NCBI GenBank assembly: GCA_964016885.1
Contig: OZ024760.1
Location: 23,436,001 to 23,500,000, forward strand
DNA from: Eledone cirrhosa
Taxonomy: Eukaryota
DNA: 64,000 bases
Reading direction: 5' to 3'
Of the stretch, positions 27,706 through 39,778 are shown piece by piece. The number at the start of each line of letters is the position of its first letter. Positions within the stretch are counted from its first letter, which is position 1. The position numbers were made by a program, and so were the translations under genes. Under the pieces are notes generated by a model. The model had not been told where the DNA came from. It saw only the letters and a program-made list of their open reading frames with translations, and searched no databases.

Positions 27706-27846
27706 TTCATCATTTTACGATCGTTTCTAGGATATATATGTGTTAGAGTTGGTATGCATATTCTATAGATCTATGTACAATATTTATACAAACTATCAGA
27801 GGGAATATACATACCTACACATATATATGCTGTCTTCAGAAATAAT
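27706..27846 (-). ncRNA. Minimal hammerhead with about 105-nt stem II, family E
   Basis: ATTATTT-CTGAAGA-[CAGCATATATATGTGT..ACACATATATATCCTA]-GAAA-CGATCG-TA^AAATGAT. Confidence 0.75.
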
Positions 27847-27993
27847 CATTTCTGATAGTTTGTATAAATATTGTACATAGATCTATAGAATATGCATACA
27901 AACTATAACACATATATATCCTAGAAACGATCGTAAAATGATGAATTTTTTTAATATAAGGAACTGTTTCTTTGTTTATTCATTATTTTATTA

Positions 27994-28039
<46 letters not shown>

Positions 28040-28494
28040 AAGGCGAGTTTATCCCGTGTTCAATCGGGGGTAACCACAGGATGTAAGGTATTTAATATAA
28101 AGCCGAGTATAAATGTTTAATATAGTAAAGACTTCTACAGAACTAGAACTGTTTTATTCGGGAGAAATAATCAATAAGCGGCTTTTTAATGATTTCTCCC
28201 GAATGAAACAGTACTACATGTGTAGTAGCCTTTTCTATATTCAATATATATATATTTATATAGTTGAAGAATAGACCGATCAGACAGTGCACTAGTGTGA
28301 GAATCATTCCCGAGGAAAAAGTAAAGAGGGGCAGTTTCGACGGATTGGACATAATTCCTTCCTCATGAAATTCATAGTTCGTCGAGAGAGGGAAAAGGTT
28401 TGAACAACAGAAATTAGAAAAACAAACAAAAAGATTCATTCAATGATACTTTGGAGGATAGGCGATTAGTCGTGTGTGCGGAGATGTTGTGTCA

Positions 28495-28560
<66 letters not shown>

Positions 28561-28789
28561 CGCTTTAGGTCGGTTATTCTCATTTTTCATACCTGAAGAA
28601 TATAATATATTACATTACGTTATCGGGAACACTTGGCGAAGAGAACAGATGAAATTATCTGTCCATGCATGAAACCGACAGGTAGCTGATATAATGAACT
28701 ATAATATTGCTATTATGTAAGTATATATATTTTCTAATGTTACAGATACTCTCCTACTTGTGGATTATTGTACTATACCCGGCCCCCAT

Positions 28790-28881
28790 ATATATATATG
28801 TATACATATAAATATATACATATATGCATATATGGATATGCATATACAGATATATATATATAGATGCATACATAAATGTAC

Positions 28882-28922
<41 letters not shown>

Positions 28923-29120
28923 CATATATATACATATACTTATATATATATATATACATATATATACATATACTTATATATATATATATATATATATACT
29001 TATATATATATACTTATATATATATATATATATACTTATATATATATATATACTTATATATATATATATACTTATATATATATATATATATATACTTATA
29101 TATATACTTATATATATATA

Positions 29121-29159
<39 letters not shown>

Positions 29160-29162
29160 TTA

Positions 29163-29209
<47 letters not shown>

Positions 29210-29970
29210 TTATATTTATATATATATATATACATACATATGCATATATATATATAAGTATATATATATATATATATACACATATATATATATACACATA
29301 TATATATATATATACACATATATATCTATATGTATATATATATATATACATACATATATTTATATATCTATATGTATATATATATATATACATACATACA
29401 TATTTATATATCTATATTTATATATATATATATATATACATACATACATATTTATATATATATGTATATATATACATGCATACATATATTTATATATCTA
29501 TATGTTTATATAAATAAATACATATATTTATATATCTATATGTATATATAAATACATACATATATTTATATATCTATATGCATATATAAATACATACATA
29601 TATTTATATATTTATATGTATATATGTACATACATACATATATTTATATATCTATATGTATATATATACATACATATATTTATATATCTATATGTATATA
29701 TATACATACATACATATATTTATATATCTATATCTATATATATATACATACATACATATATTTATATATCTATATGTATATATACATACATATATTTATA
29801 TACCTGTATGTATACATATATTTACATATCTATATGTATATATATACATACATACATATATGTATATATCTATATGTATATATATGTATACATACATATA
29901 TACATATATTTATATAACTGTATATATATACATACATATATTTATATATATATATATATATACATACATA

Positions 29971-30032
<62 letters not shown>

Positions 30033-30070
30033 CACACTCATTCACACGTAAGTATATATCTATCCATCCA

Positions 30071-30140
<70 letters not shown>
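28790..30140. repeat. Long interrupted (TA)n microsatellite, representative of many (e.g. 3040-3990, 23520-24800, 25405-26120, 31400-32060, 41500-46290, 58820-59820, 61445-62110)
   Basis: Read directly. These tracts are the source of all IYIY-type ORFs. Confidence 0.95.
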
Positions 30141-30143
<3 letters not shown>

Positions 30144-30229
30144 TTACGTTATTCCGGGTTGAATCGGAGGTAACCACAGTAAGTAAGGTACTCAATACAT
30201 TGCAGAGTATAAAAGTTTTAATACAGATG

Positions 30230-30280
30230 AGATTCTACAGGACTAGAACTGTTTCATTCTTTAGATATCATCAGGAATCC
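30230..30280 (-). ncRNA. Type I hammerhead motif, family A (mirror copy)
   Basis: Minus strand GGATTC-CTGATGA-TATCTAAAGAAT-GAAA-CAG..CTG-TA^GAATCT. Confidence 0.72.
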
Positions 30281-30281
30281 C

Positions 30282-30332
30282 AGATTCCTGATGATTTCTA
30301 AAGAATGAAACAGTTCTAGTCCTGTAGAATCT
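30282..30332 (+). ncRNA. Type I hammerhead ribozyme motif, family A
   Basis: AGATTC-CTGATGA-T-TTC(TAAA)GAA-T-GAAA-CAG(TTCTAGTC)CTG-TA^GAATCT. Stem I is 6 bp, with a GUA triplet. Confidence 0.78.
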
Positions 30333-30336
30333 AATC

Positions 30337-30368
<32 letters not shown>

Positions 30369-30556
30369 ACGAAGGAAATGTGGTAAGGAACCAGGTGGAC
30401 CATAACGCACCAAAGCACTCAACACTTATGGTAGTAGAGTGGGTAATAGGAACATGTAAGACCCCGACGGCTGAGCTCAAGCCGTTTCGACGGCTAATTC
30501 TGGAGAGTTAGCCGTCGAAACGGCTTGAGCTCAGCCGTCGGGGTCTTACTTGTTCC

Positions 30557-30590
<34 letters not shown>

Positions 30591-30597
30591 TATTTAC

Positions 30598-30810
30598 CTT
30601 TGCATGAGTAGAGTTTGCTTGCGGATTGGGTGGTCCAATCTTTAACCTTAAAGGGTTGTATTTGTAAGATTGACTTGCATCAGTCTGTATCTTAGTATCT
30701 ATGGAAGAACCATCAATTGAAATGATATGGCCGCCATATAGACGTAACATCAGAGGAAGCGTTACATCCATCAGCCACCATTTTAACATACATACCTCTG
30801 AAGAGCTTCC
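30598..30810 (-). CDS. Candidate internal coding exon of an unidentified host gene (213 bp, phase 0-0)
   Basis: Acceptor TTATTTTTTTTGCAG| and donor AAG|GTAAAT. Only one frame is open (GSSSEVCMLKWWLMDVTLPLMLRLYGGHIISIDG..HAK). Non-repetitive within the window. Protein not recognised. Confidence 0.45.
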
Positions 30811-31069
30811 CTGCAAAAAAAATAACTAAAAATTCAAAAATACAAACATAGAATGCGATATTGGTAATAAGATTAGTCGTATAACCCCCGCGTATCCCCC
30901 AGCTATCAATGCTACAAGTCTTTTGATGTCTACAGAATATTGGGAAAAAAATATGATAAAAAAAATGATATAAGACAAAAGATACAAAGAAAAAGTATAG
31001 CTATGTATGTTATTGTCTAGAACTTTCCTGTGGGCAATTCATAATTCATGAAATATATATATATATGTA

Positions 31070-31154
<85 letters not shown>

Positions 31155-31379
31155 GCATATATATATATATATATATGTATATATATGTATATATATATAT
31201 GTATATATATATGTATATATATATATATATATATGTGTGTGACATTTGCCTGAACTCACGATAAAAGAAAAGAAATCATAAATTTCGACATGCTGCTATT
31301 TATCTCTCCCCCCCCTCTCTCTCTCTCTCTCTCTGTCACATCTACCTCTCTCACATCTACCTCTCTCTCTCTCTCTCAT

Positions 31380-31438
<59 letters not shown>

Positions 31439-31599
31439 CGTATATATATATACATACATACGTATATATATATATATATATATACAAACAATCGTATATA
31501 TATGTATACATATATATATGCATATACACACATAGGTATATGCATATATATATAAATATATATATATATGAACATATATATATACAGATATATATGAAC

Positions 31600-31725
<126 letters not shown>

Positions 31726-31832
31726 GGATATATATATAATTATATATATATATATATACAGATATATATATATATATATATATACAGATATATATATATA
31801 TATATATATACAGATATATATATATATATATG

Positions 31833-31877
<45 letters not shown>

Positions 31878-31884
31878 GCATATA

Positions 31885-31972
<88 letters not shown>

Positions 31973-32021
31973 CATATATATACATATACATATATATACA
32001 TATACATATATATACATATAC

Positions 32022-32057
<36 letters not shown>

Positions 32058-32544
32058 ACATTGAGCTACAGAAAGATTAAGAGGAGAAGATGTATATGTA
32101 TATATGTATGGATACGTATTTAAAGAATTTCGTTTTCAAATATCAAACGTAGAGATATAAACCAGCAGACGAAACATCTCTATAGAAGTGAGATATGAAA
32201 GAATGTCCAGCCATATAACTCAGCAATCACGGCTCCTTGTTTTATGAATGCATACATGCATGAATATATGAGGCAAGTAGTTTTACCTCCACGAAAGAAC
32301 CAATAATGCTGGATGTAGTTGCATTATAACTCTCAATGCACAGCCTACTGTCTTCGATATATATCTGTAGTGAGTATCTAGATGTTATCTCGACCTAATG
32401 AAAATAGTAGCCAAATCACCCATTGATTACACAGTATTCGCTTACGTATGCATGTATGTATGTTATTTCTCTTTTCACTTATTTTCGAGTACATATGTGA
32501 CCGTCCATCTTGCTGGTGGCAAGATTGTAAAAGAAAAGAATTTG

Positions 32545-32882
32545 TCATCCATTGAATCTCAAGAATGTTTTGCAAATTTTGAAGCTGCCAGCTATCGCAG
32601 CCATTTGTAGTCAATGAATTAGGGAGCTGCGTTCTTTGTCGACACATCCAAGATTAGTAATACTTTGGTCCAAGCGGGTTGGTATATAACCTGTAGCTCC
32701 AATAATGTTGGGTATGAAGCTGAAAGTGTATCTTAGATACTGGATCTGCAAACTCCTCAACTATGGTCCGTGGATGTCCTCTTTCTCCTGTATTTTTCTT
32801 ATGACGTTGACATCCACTGGGCAGCTGATCTCAACAACAGAATACGTTTTCAATGTCTGGTCACAAACAACAATATCAGGAT
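32545..32882 (-). mobile_element. R4/Dong-like RLE endonuclease fragment
   Basis: Minus strand reads PDIVVCDQTLKTYSVVEISCPVDVNVIRKIQEKEDIHGP*LRSLQIQY..FIPNIIGATGYIP. Confidence 0.72.
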
Positions 32883-32918
32883 GGTTGTAGTTATGTATGT
32901 ATGTATTTATATATGTAA

Positions 32919-33428
32919 GTCAGGTTGCTGTACAGTGCTACTGGTAACATGTTATCCAGTATAACCTGTGCATTGTCGGGTCGTCGGCGACTAAGCTGGA
33001 AACCCCACCAACTTTCTCGGTGAGGAGGGTGATTTTGGACATCCTGTGGTATGAAAATCAATACCCGTAAATGAGCGGAGGAACTCAGGAGACTCAACGA
33101 CCATCCAATAAAGTCTTCATTAAGACATCTCTCTAGGACAAGTTCACTCTGATATAAAATCTGTAACTTTGTTTGTATCCAATGAATTACACCAATTCTT
33201 CTTTTGGAGAAAATGCATTCGATGTTCAGAGAGTGAGACTGTCTCCGTGAAAGGCCTTTCCTCACTTAAAAAAACTTCAAGCGCAGGCATTATTTCGTAT
33301 GTGTCATTTTCCAATGTATGGCATTGGTGGCTATGTGCAAGTCTTTGCAGAACTAAAATGCTACCTCCGTGATACTCCTCATTAAGCATCAAGCGATGGC
33401 ATTACTCGAAATCAAGTTGTAACTATTA
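32919..33428 (+). mobile_element. Non-autonomous RTE derivative, degenerate
   Basis: Same leader (GCTACTGGTAACATG..GGGTCGTCGGCGACTAA..GAGGAGGGTG) and 3' end (TGGCATTACTCGAAATCAAG) as 5531-6134. Confidence 0.8.
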
Positions 33429-33439
33429 TATTATTATTT

Positions 33440-33770
33440 CGGATTGGCAGTATCGGTGGAGGGTCGGACGCCATCCTTTGACGCATAGAGTTACGGCCCT
33501 TGCCATTCTGAGTTCAAATCCCGCCGAGGTTAACTTTGACTCTCATCCTTATGGGGTCGATAAAATAAAGTACCAGTAATACACTGGTTGATTGCTGACC
33601 TTGTGCCAAAAGTAGAAACAATTATATTATTATTTCATTATTTTATATGCCATTCTCAGTTAAAATCCCGCCGAGGTTAACTTTGCCTTTCATCCTTACG
33701 GGCTCGATAAAATAAAGTAGGAGTAATGCACTAGATAATTGCTGGCCTTGTGCCAAAAGTAGAAAAATAA
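33440..33770 (+). mobile_element. Two tandem SINEs
   Basis: One full and one 5'-truncated copy. Confidence 0.87.
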
Positions 33771-33905
33771 ATATTTTATAAATTATTACCGATTGAGAGA
33801 GGGTCAATTTCTAACATAAACACGAGTCACTTTCATTGTAATTTAGACATTTATATATATGCGTATATGTATCCTATATGTGTATATGAATGTATTTATG
33901 TATGT

Positions 33906-34445
33906 ATGTCGGGTCACTCTTGGGTGCTACTCGTAACATGTAAACCAGTACAACATGTCGCATGGTCGGGTCGTCGGCGACTAAACCGACAACCCCACCA
34001 AGTTTCCTTGGTGAGGAGGGTGATTTTGGACACCCTGCAGGACAAAAAACAAAACCTGACAAAGCGCGGAAGAACTCATAAGAGTCAACGTCCATCCGAA
34101 GGTGTATAAATATGTATATACACATGTACCGCACGGTTAAACCACTGGGACTGAAGGACCCCTAGCCTTTGTCAGGGCATTCTTCTAGGAGAAGGCAACT
34201 CAGGAAACTGGGATAACTCCGATATAAAACCTGCGGCTCAGTAGTTACTGATGATGTTGAGCTTTATTTCTTTTCGGGTTATAGCTACTGTCGCTCAAAG
34301 AGTGGGATTGGCTCAGTGCACAGTCTTTCCTTACTTTAAAATATCTCTTCACGCACTGGCATTGCACTATAGAATTAATTAATAATTATTAATAATGGCA
34401 TATCGTGCAATGGCTATACTCGATAACGAGGAGGCAGCCATCATA
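33906..34445 (+). mobile_element. Non-autonomous internal-deletion derivative of the neighbouring intact RTE
   Basis: 34129-34390 aligns with 35690-35950 and 34404-34445 with 39807-39850. The ORF is entirely absent. Confidence 0.9.
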
Positions 34446-35653
34446 TATGTATGTATGTATACACATATGTATGAGGGAGCTTATAGATAGGACAACACAC
34501 GCTGTCTCTTCGTGGGGTAAGTTTTTAATTAATTTTTGTATTCTGAAACATCAAAATACAACAATTTGTTGGTTACTGGACTCGGGAATGTCACGACAGA
34601 AGTTTGTGGAAGTTACACAAATATTTTAGTATATTTTAGCAGAGCAATCCTTATTTATATTTTACATTTACTTACATCTCAATATAACATGGCTAGAATT
34701 CAAATTTTGCTAAGAGAAGAAAACGGTCAAATGAACTAGATACATCTCACTGTCCACACCACCACAATAACGTCTACACTCTCTCCCCACCATCACATGT
34801 CATTACCATACCATACCCTATCGAGACTAAAGTCATCGACCTGTTGTCAAACTCTCTACTCTCTGATGAATGTATATATATATATGTGTGTGTATGTATA
34901 TGTGTGTATATACATCACTCAGTCAAACAACCAGATTTCAACCCCAACATCTACAACAACAACAACACCGGCCCTAATGTTTACAGCAACAACAGCTTCA
35001 GAATGAACTGAAATGAACATTTACAACAATTACAACAACAACAACAACAGCGGCATCAAAACATAAAAAAAGGAAGGGAAAAGAAAAAAGAAAAGGGAAG
35101 GGGAAAAGAAAGAAAGGGGAGAAAAAAAAGAAAGGAAAAAAAAAAAAAAAAACTCAAAATAACAAAACACACACACACACACACACACACAACAGAACAA
35201 CAACATCAACTGCCACCACCACCACCACCGCCACCGCCGTCGCCATCACCATCACCAGCGACCTGGCCTTAAGAACAACTTTAATAATAATTTTTCTGCT
35301 TTTGGCACGGATCCAGCGACTGGCCAGCGCATCACTGGTACTCTCTTTTGTTGACTCCGTGGAGAGCCATAACTCTATGCTGTAAAGCAATTATAGTAAT
35401 ACTGGACTGTAATACGATCGGCTTCAACTATACAAACTCTTGAAAGTCAACAGTTGACATAATCTGGTAATCTTGTATCAGTAATGACGGTAATATATAT
35501 ATATATATGTGTGTGTGTGCGTGTAAGTGAGTAGAGTAGCGTGTGTGTGTGTTTGTTGTGTGTGTGAGTGTTGCTGTGTGCACGCATATGTATGCGTGTG
35601 TGTGTATGTCGTACGTATAAGTGTCAATAAGTAATTTTTTTTTTTTTTTTTTT

Positions 35654-35956
35654 GCGCGGGGACATAGAAATAATCGGGCTGGATGCCCGATCGCGCAGTT
35701 AAACCACTGGGAGTGAAGAACCCCTAGCCCATGTCAGGGTATTCTTCTAGGAGAAGGCATCTCAGGAAACTGGGTTAACTCCGATATAAAACCTGCGGCT
35801 CAGTAGTTACCGATGATGTTGATCTTTTCTTCTTTTCGGGTTATAGCTACTGTCGCTCAGAGAGTGGGATTGGTTCAGTGCACAGTCTTTCCTCACTTTA
35901 AAAATATTCGTCACGCACAGGCATTGCACGAGTGCATTAATAATTATTAATAGTGT

Positions 35957-35994
<38 letters not shown>

Positions 35995-36023
35995 TATTAT
36001 TACTTTTTTTTTTTTTTTTTTCT

Positions 36024-36056
<33 letters not shown>

Positions 36057-39000
36057 CCAATTCAATGATGTTCCAGAACAATGTAAACGAGATAATTGCC
36101 AATTTGGGTTCTGGAACAAAAAAGATCATTGGCAATAAGGGCAGGGGCCCCAAGTTATCACAACCTGGGCCCGCCCGTCATCGTGCCATTGTAATAGAGC
36201 CAAACAGGGCATTTAGTCTTGGCTGCTGGAACGTACGGACGCTGCTTGACAGGGATTCTTTGGAGCGTCCTGAACGAAGGACCGCTCTTGTTGCGAAGGA
36301 GCTTCGACGTTACGATCTTGACATCGTGGCTTTGTCTGAGACGAGGTTAGCTGGAGATGGTCATCTTACGGAATTTTGTGGAGAATATACATTCTTCTGG
36401 AAAGGAAGAGATGAAGGAACCAGAAGAGAGGCTGGGGTAGGATTTGCTGTTAAGACTGTACTGGTGAATAAATTGGAAGAATTCCCAGTGGGGATTAGTG
36501 AGCGTCTTATGTCCATGAGAGTTCCGCTGGACAAGGGAAGATATGCTACCCTGGTGAGTGTGTATGCTCCAACTATGAATTCTGTCGATGAAGAAAAACT
36601 GTCCTTTTACCATGCCTTGAAAGGTGTTTTAAGAAATATCCCTCAGGCAGACAAGGTCATCGTGCTTGGTGACTTTAATGCTAGAGTGGGTAGGGATTTT
36701 AACACATGGAATGTAATCGGAAGGCATGGGGTGGGAAAGTGTAACAGCAATGGTATGCTCTTGCTGCAGATGTGTGAGGAGCTGGATCTGTGTGTTACCA
36801 ACACCATGTTCCAACAAAAGAACAAATTCAAGACCACATGGATGCATCCTGCATCTAAGGAATGGCATCTTTTGGACTACGTCCTAGTCAGGATGCGTGA
36901 CAGACAGGATGTGCGGTGTGTTCGTGTTCTTCGTGGAGCTGAGTGCTGGACGGACCACCGCCTGGTACGCGCAAAAGTGAATCTAATCACCAAACGTAAA
37001 ATCCGGGCTCCTGGTGTTACCCTGCCCAAAAGATTGAATGCTGCTCGTCTTAAGGATAAAAATGTGAAGAGGACATTGGAAGAAGAGATGCAGGCTGCAG
37101 ATCTTGGTGAGGATTGGCCGACCCTTAAAAAGTCGGTTTATGATGTAGGCAGACGTGTTCTGGGATTGGTGCAGAGAAAACATCAGGACTGGTTTAATGA
37201 GAAAGATGTGCATATAGATGACTTGTTGGCTGATAAGAGGCGCGCTCTGTCACGCTACTTGACGGCAAGACCACAGGAGAGGAATACGTTGCATGAGGAG
37301 CTCAGGGATGTAAAATCACGTGTTAGGCGGAGTCTTTCTCAGATGAAGGATCAGTGGTGGAGTGAGAAGGCTGGTGAGATACAAACTGCGTCTGATTGCA
37401 ATAACACAAAGCTGTTGTACAGTCTCTTGCGTGAGGTTTATGGACCGTCTTCTTCTCTGGTGACACCGATTCGCAGCAAGGATGGCAAAGAACTTCTTCG
37501 TGACTCACAGGGAATTCTACGAAGGTGGCGGGAGCACTTTGATGATCTTTTGAATCAGCCGTCTGTCGTCAGTGAAGATTTCCTCAATCTCATTCCGGAA
37601 AGTCCTGTGAAAGTAGCTCTCGCAGAGCCTCCGACACTTGTGGAGGTTGCAGTGGCTATTTCGAAGCTAAACAGTGGAAGATCTCCAGGTATGGATGGCA
37701 TACATGCTGAGCTCCTACAATATGGTGGTGAGAGACTCCTGCAACATCTTCACTCTCTGTTTGGAAGGATATGGGCTAATGAATCCGTGCCTGAGGACTG
37801 GAGAGATGCAGTAATGGTGGTCTTGTACAAGGGAAAGGGTAACAGGAATGATTGTGGGAACTACAGAGGTATATCATTGCTTTCTGTCGTGGGGAAAGTT
37901 TTATGTAGGGTGCTTCTGGACCGTCTGCTGACACACATTGCAGATTGTGTCCTTCCTGAAAGTCAATCTGGTTTTCGTGTTGGACGCGGCACTACTGATA
38001 TGATCTTCTCAGCTAGACAGCTCCAGGAGAAGTGCATTGAACAGGGCTTGGATCTGTATCAGGTTTTTGTCGATCTGACAAAGGCTTTCGATACTGTCAA
38101 CAGAGATGCATTATGGAAGGTTCTCCAGAAACTTGGTTGCCCTGATAAGTTCCTTGCTTTAGTTAGGTCTTTCCATGACGACATGAAGGCTTGGGTTAAT
38201 GTCGGAGGTAACATGTCGGAGCCTATCTCAGTAAAAAATGGAGTGAAACAGGGGGATATTCCAGCACCGACCCTGTTTGCCATATACTTTGCAATGGTTT
38301 TCTGTGTTGCATTCAGGAATTGCGAGCATGGTGTTTACATCCGATATCGAACCTCAGGCAGCATATTTAACATCAGGCGCTTTGCTGCGAAGACAAAAGT
38401 ATTTACATCAGTCATAAGAGACCTCTTGTATGCAGATGATTGCGATCTTGTAGCGCACACAGAGAGTGATATGCAGCACATTTTGAATGTATTTTCTGAC
38501 GCTTGCACTGCCCTGGGTTTGACTGTCAGTCTCAAGAAAACCGTCGTCATGTACCAACCTGCACCTGGTAGGCAGTACACTGAACCAAACATCTATGTGT
38601 ATGGCAAACGACTTGGAGTGGTTGATCAGTTTGTCTACCTGGGAAGCACTGTCAATCGATACGGCAACCTTGACGGTGAAATCTCACTTAGGATTAGGAA
38701 AGCAAGTGATGCTTTCGGAAAGCTAGAAAGGCGACTCTGGGGTCGGCGAGACATATGCAGGAGGACAAAGGTAAGGGTGTACAGGGCATGTGTACTCTCT
38801 TGTCTTCTTTATGCCTGCGAGACCTGGGTCACATATCGACGCCACCTTAGGCAATTGGAGCGTTTCCATCAGATGTGTCTCAGACGGATACATGGCGTTC
38901 GCTGGAGGGACCACATCAGTGATGTCGAGATTTTGGAAAGCTCTATGTGTGACAGTATAGAAGCTCTTGTGCTTAAGCAGCGACTCCGTTGGAGTGGTCA

Positions 39001-39618
39001 CCTTGCCAGGATGAAGGATTCTAGAATACCAAAACAACTCTTCTATGGAGAGTTGGTTAAAGGAAAACGACCGCCACATAAACCAAAAAAGAGGTATAAG
39101 GATTCCTTGAAGGCCTCTCTGAAAGACGCTAACATCTCTGCTGATACATGGGAAAATATTGCTGCTGATCGTAATAAATGGAGAAAGACTGTATATGAGG
39201 GAAAAGTTGCCTTTGAGGCATCTCGAATCGCACACGAGAAAGTAAAGCGGGACGTGAGGAAGGGTATTGCTGTTGCACTTCCAGACGGCGAGGGTCCTCC
39301 TATGTTTCTGACATGCAGCGTCTGTGCGAGACTCTGCCTAAGCAAAGCTGGACTCGAAAGTCATCTTCGCAGTCATAAAGTAAGACCAGTGGTTGACTAC
39401 CAGGCTGCTGTTGGAGATGCTACTCATCATGCTTGCCAAACATGTGGTAGAGAATGTAAATCAGCAGGAGGACTCAAGCGACATGCAAAAGTACACGAAC
39501 TCCAACCACAGCCGACTATTCCCAGTAAATGTTTTGGTTGCCGACTCTGTGCAAGACATTTTGGATCATTGGCTGGGCTAAAAAGCCACATTCGATCGCA
39601 GCACTGTTAGTTGCTATC

Positions 39619-39656
<38 letters not shown>

Positions 39657-39735
39657 GCTTATGTGCGTGCGTGTGTGTGTATATATATATGAATATGTAT
39701 ATTATTATTGTTGTTGTCGTTATTATTATTATTGC

Positions 39736-39778
<43 letters not shown>

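Noticed and set aside
35290-35385. Possible minus-strand exon after TTTACAG
   Set aside because: The sequence is a decayed copy of the SINE.
36347-39345. Antisense ORFs within the LINE
   Set aside because: Shadow ORFs of the long coding strand, with no motifs.
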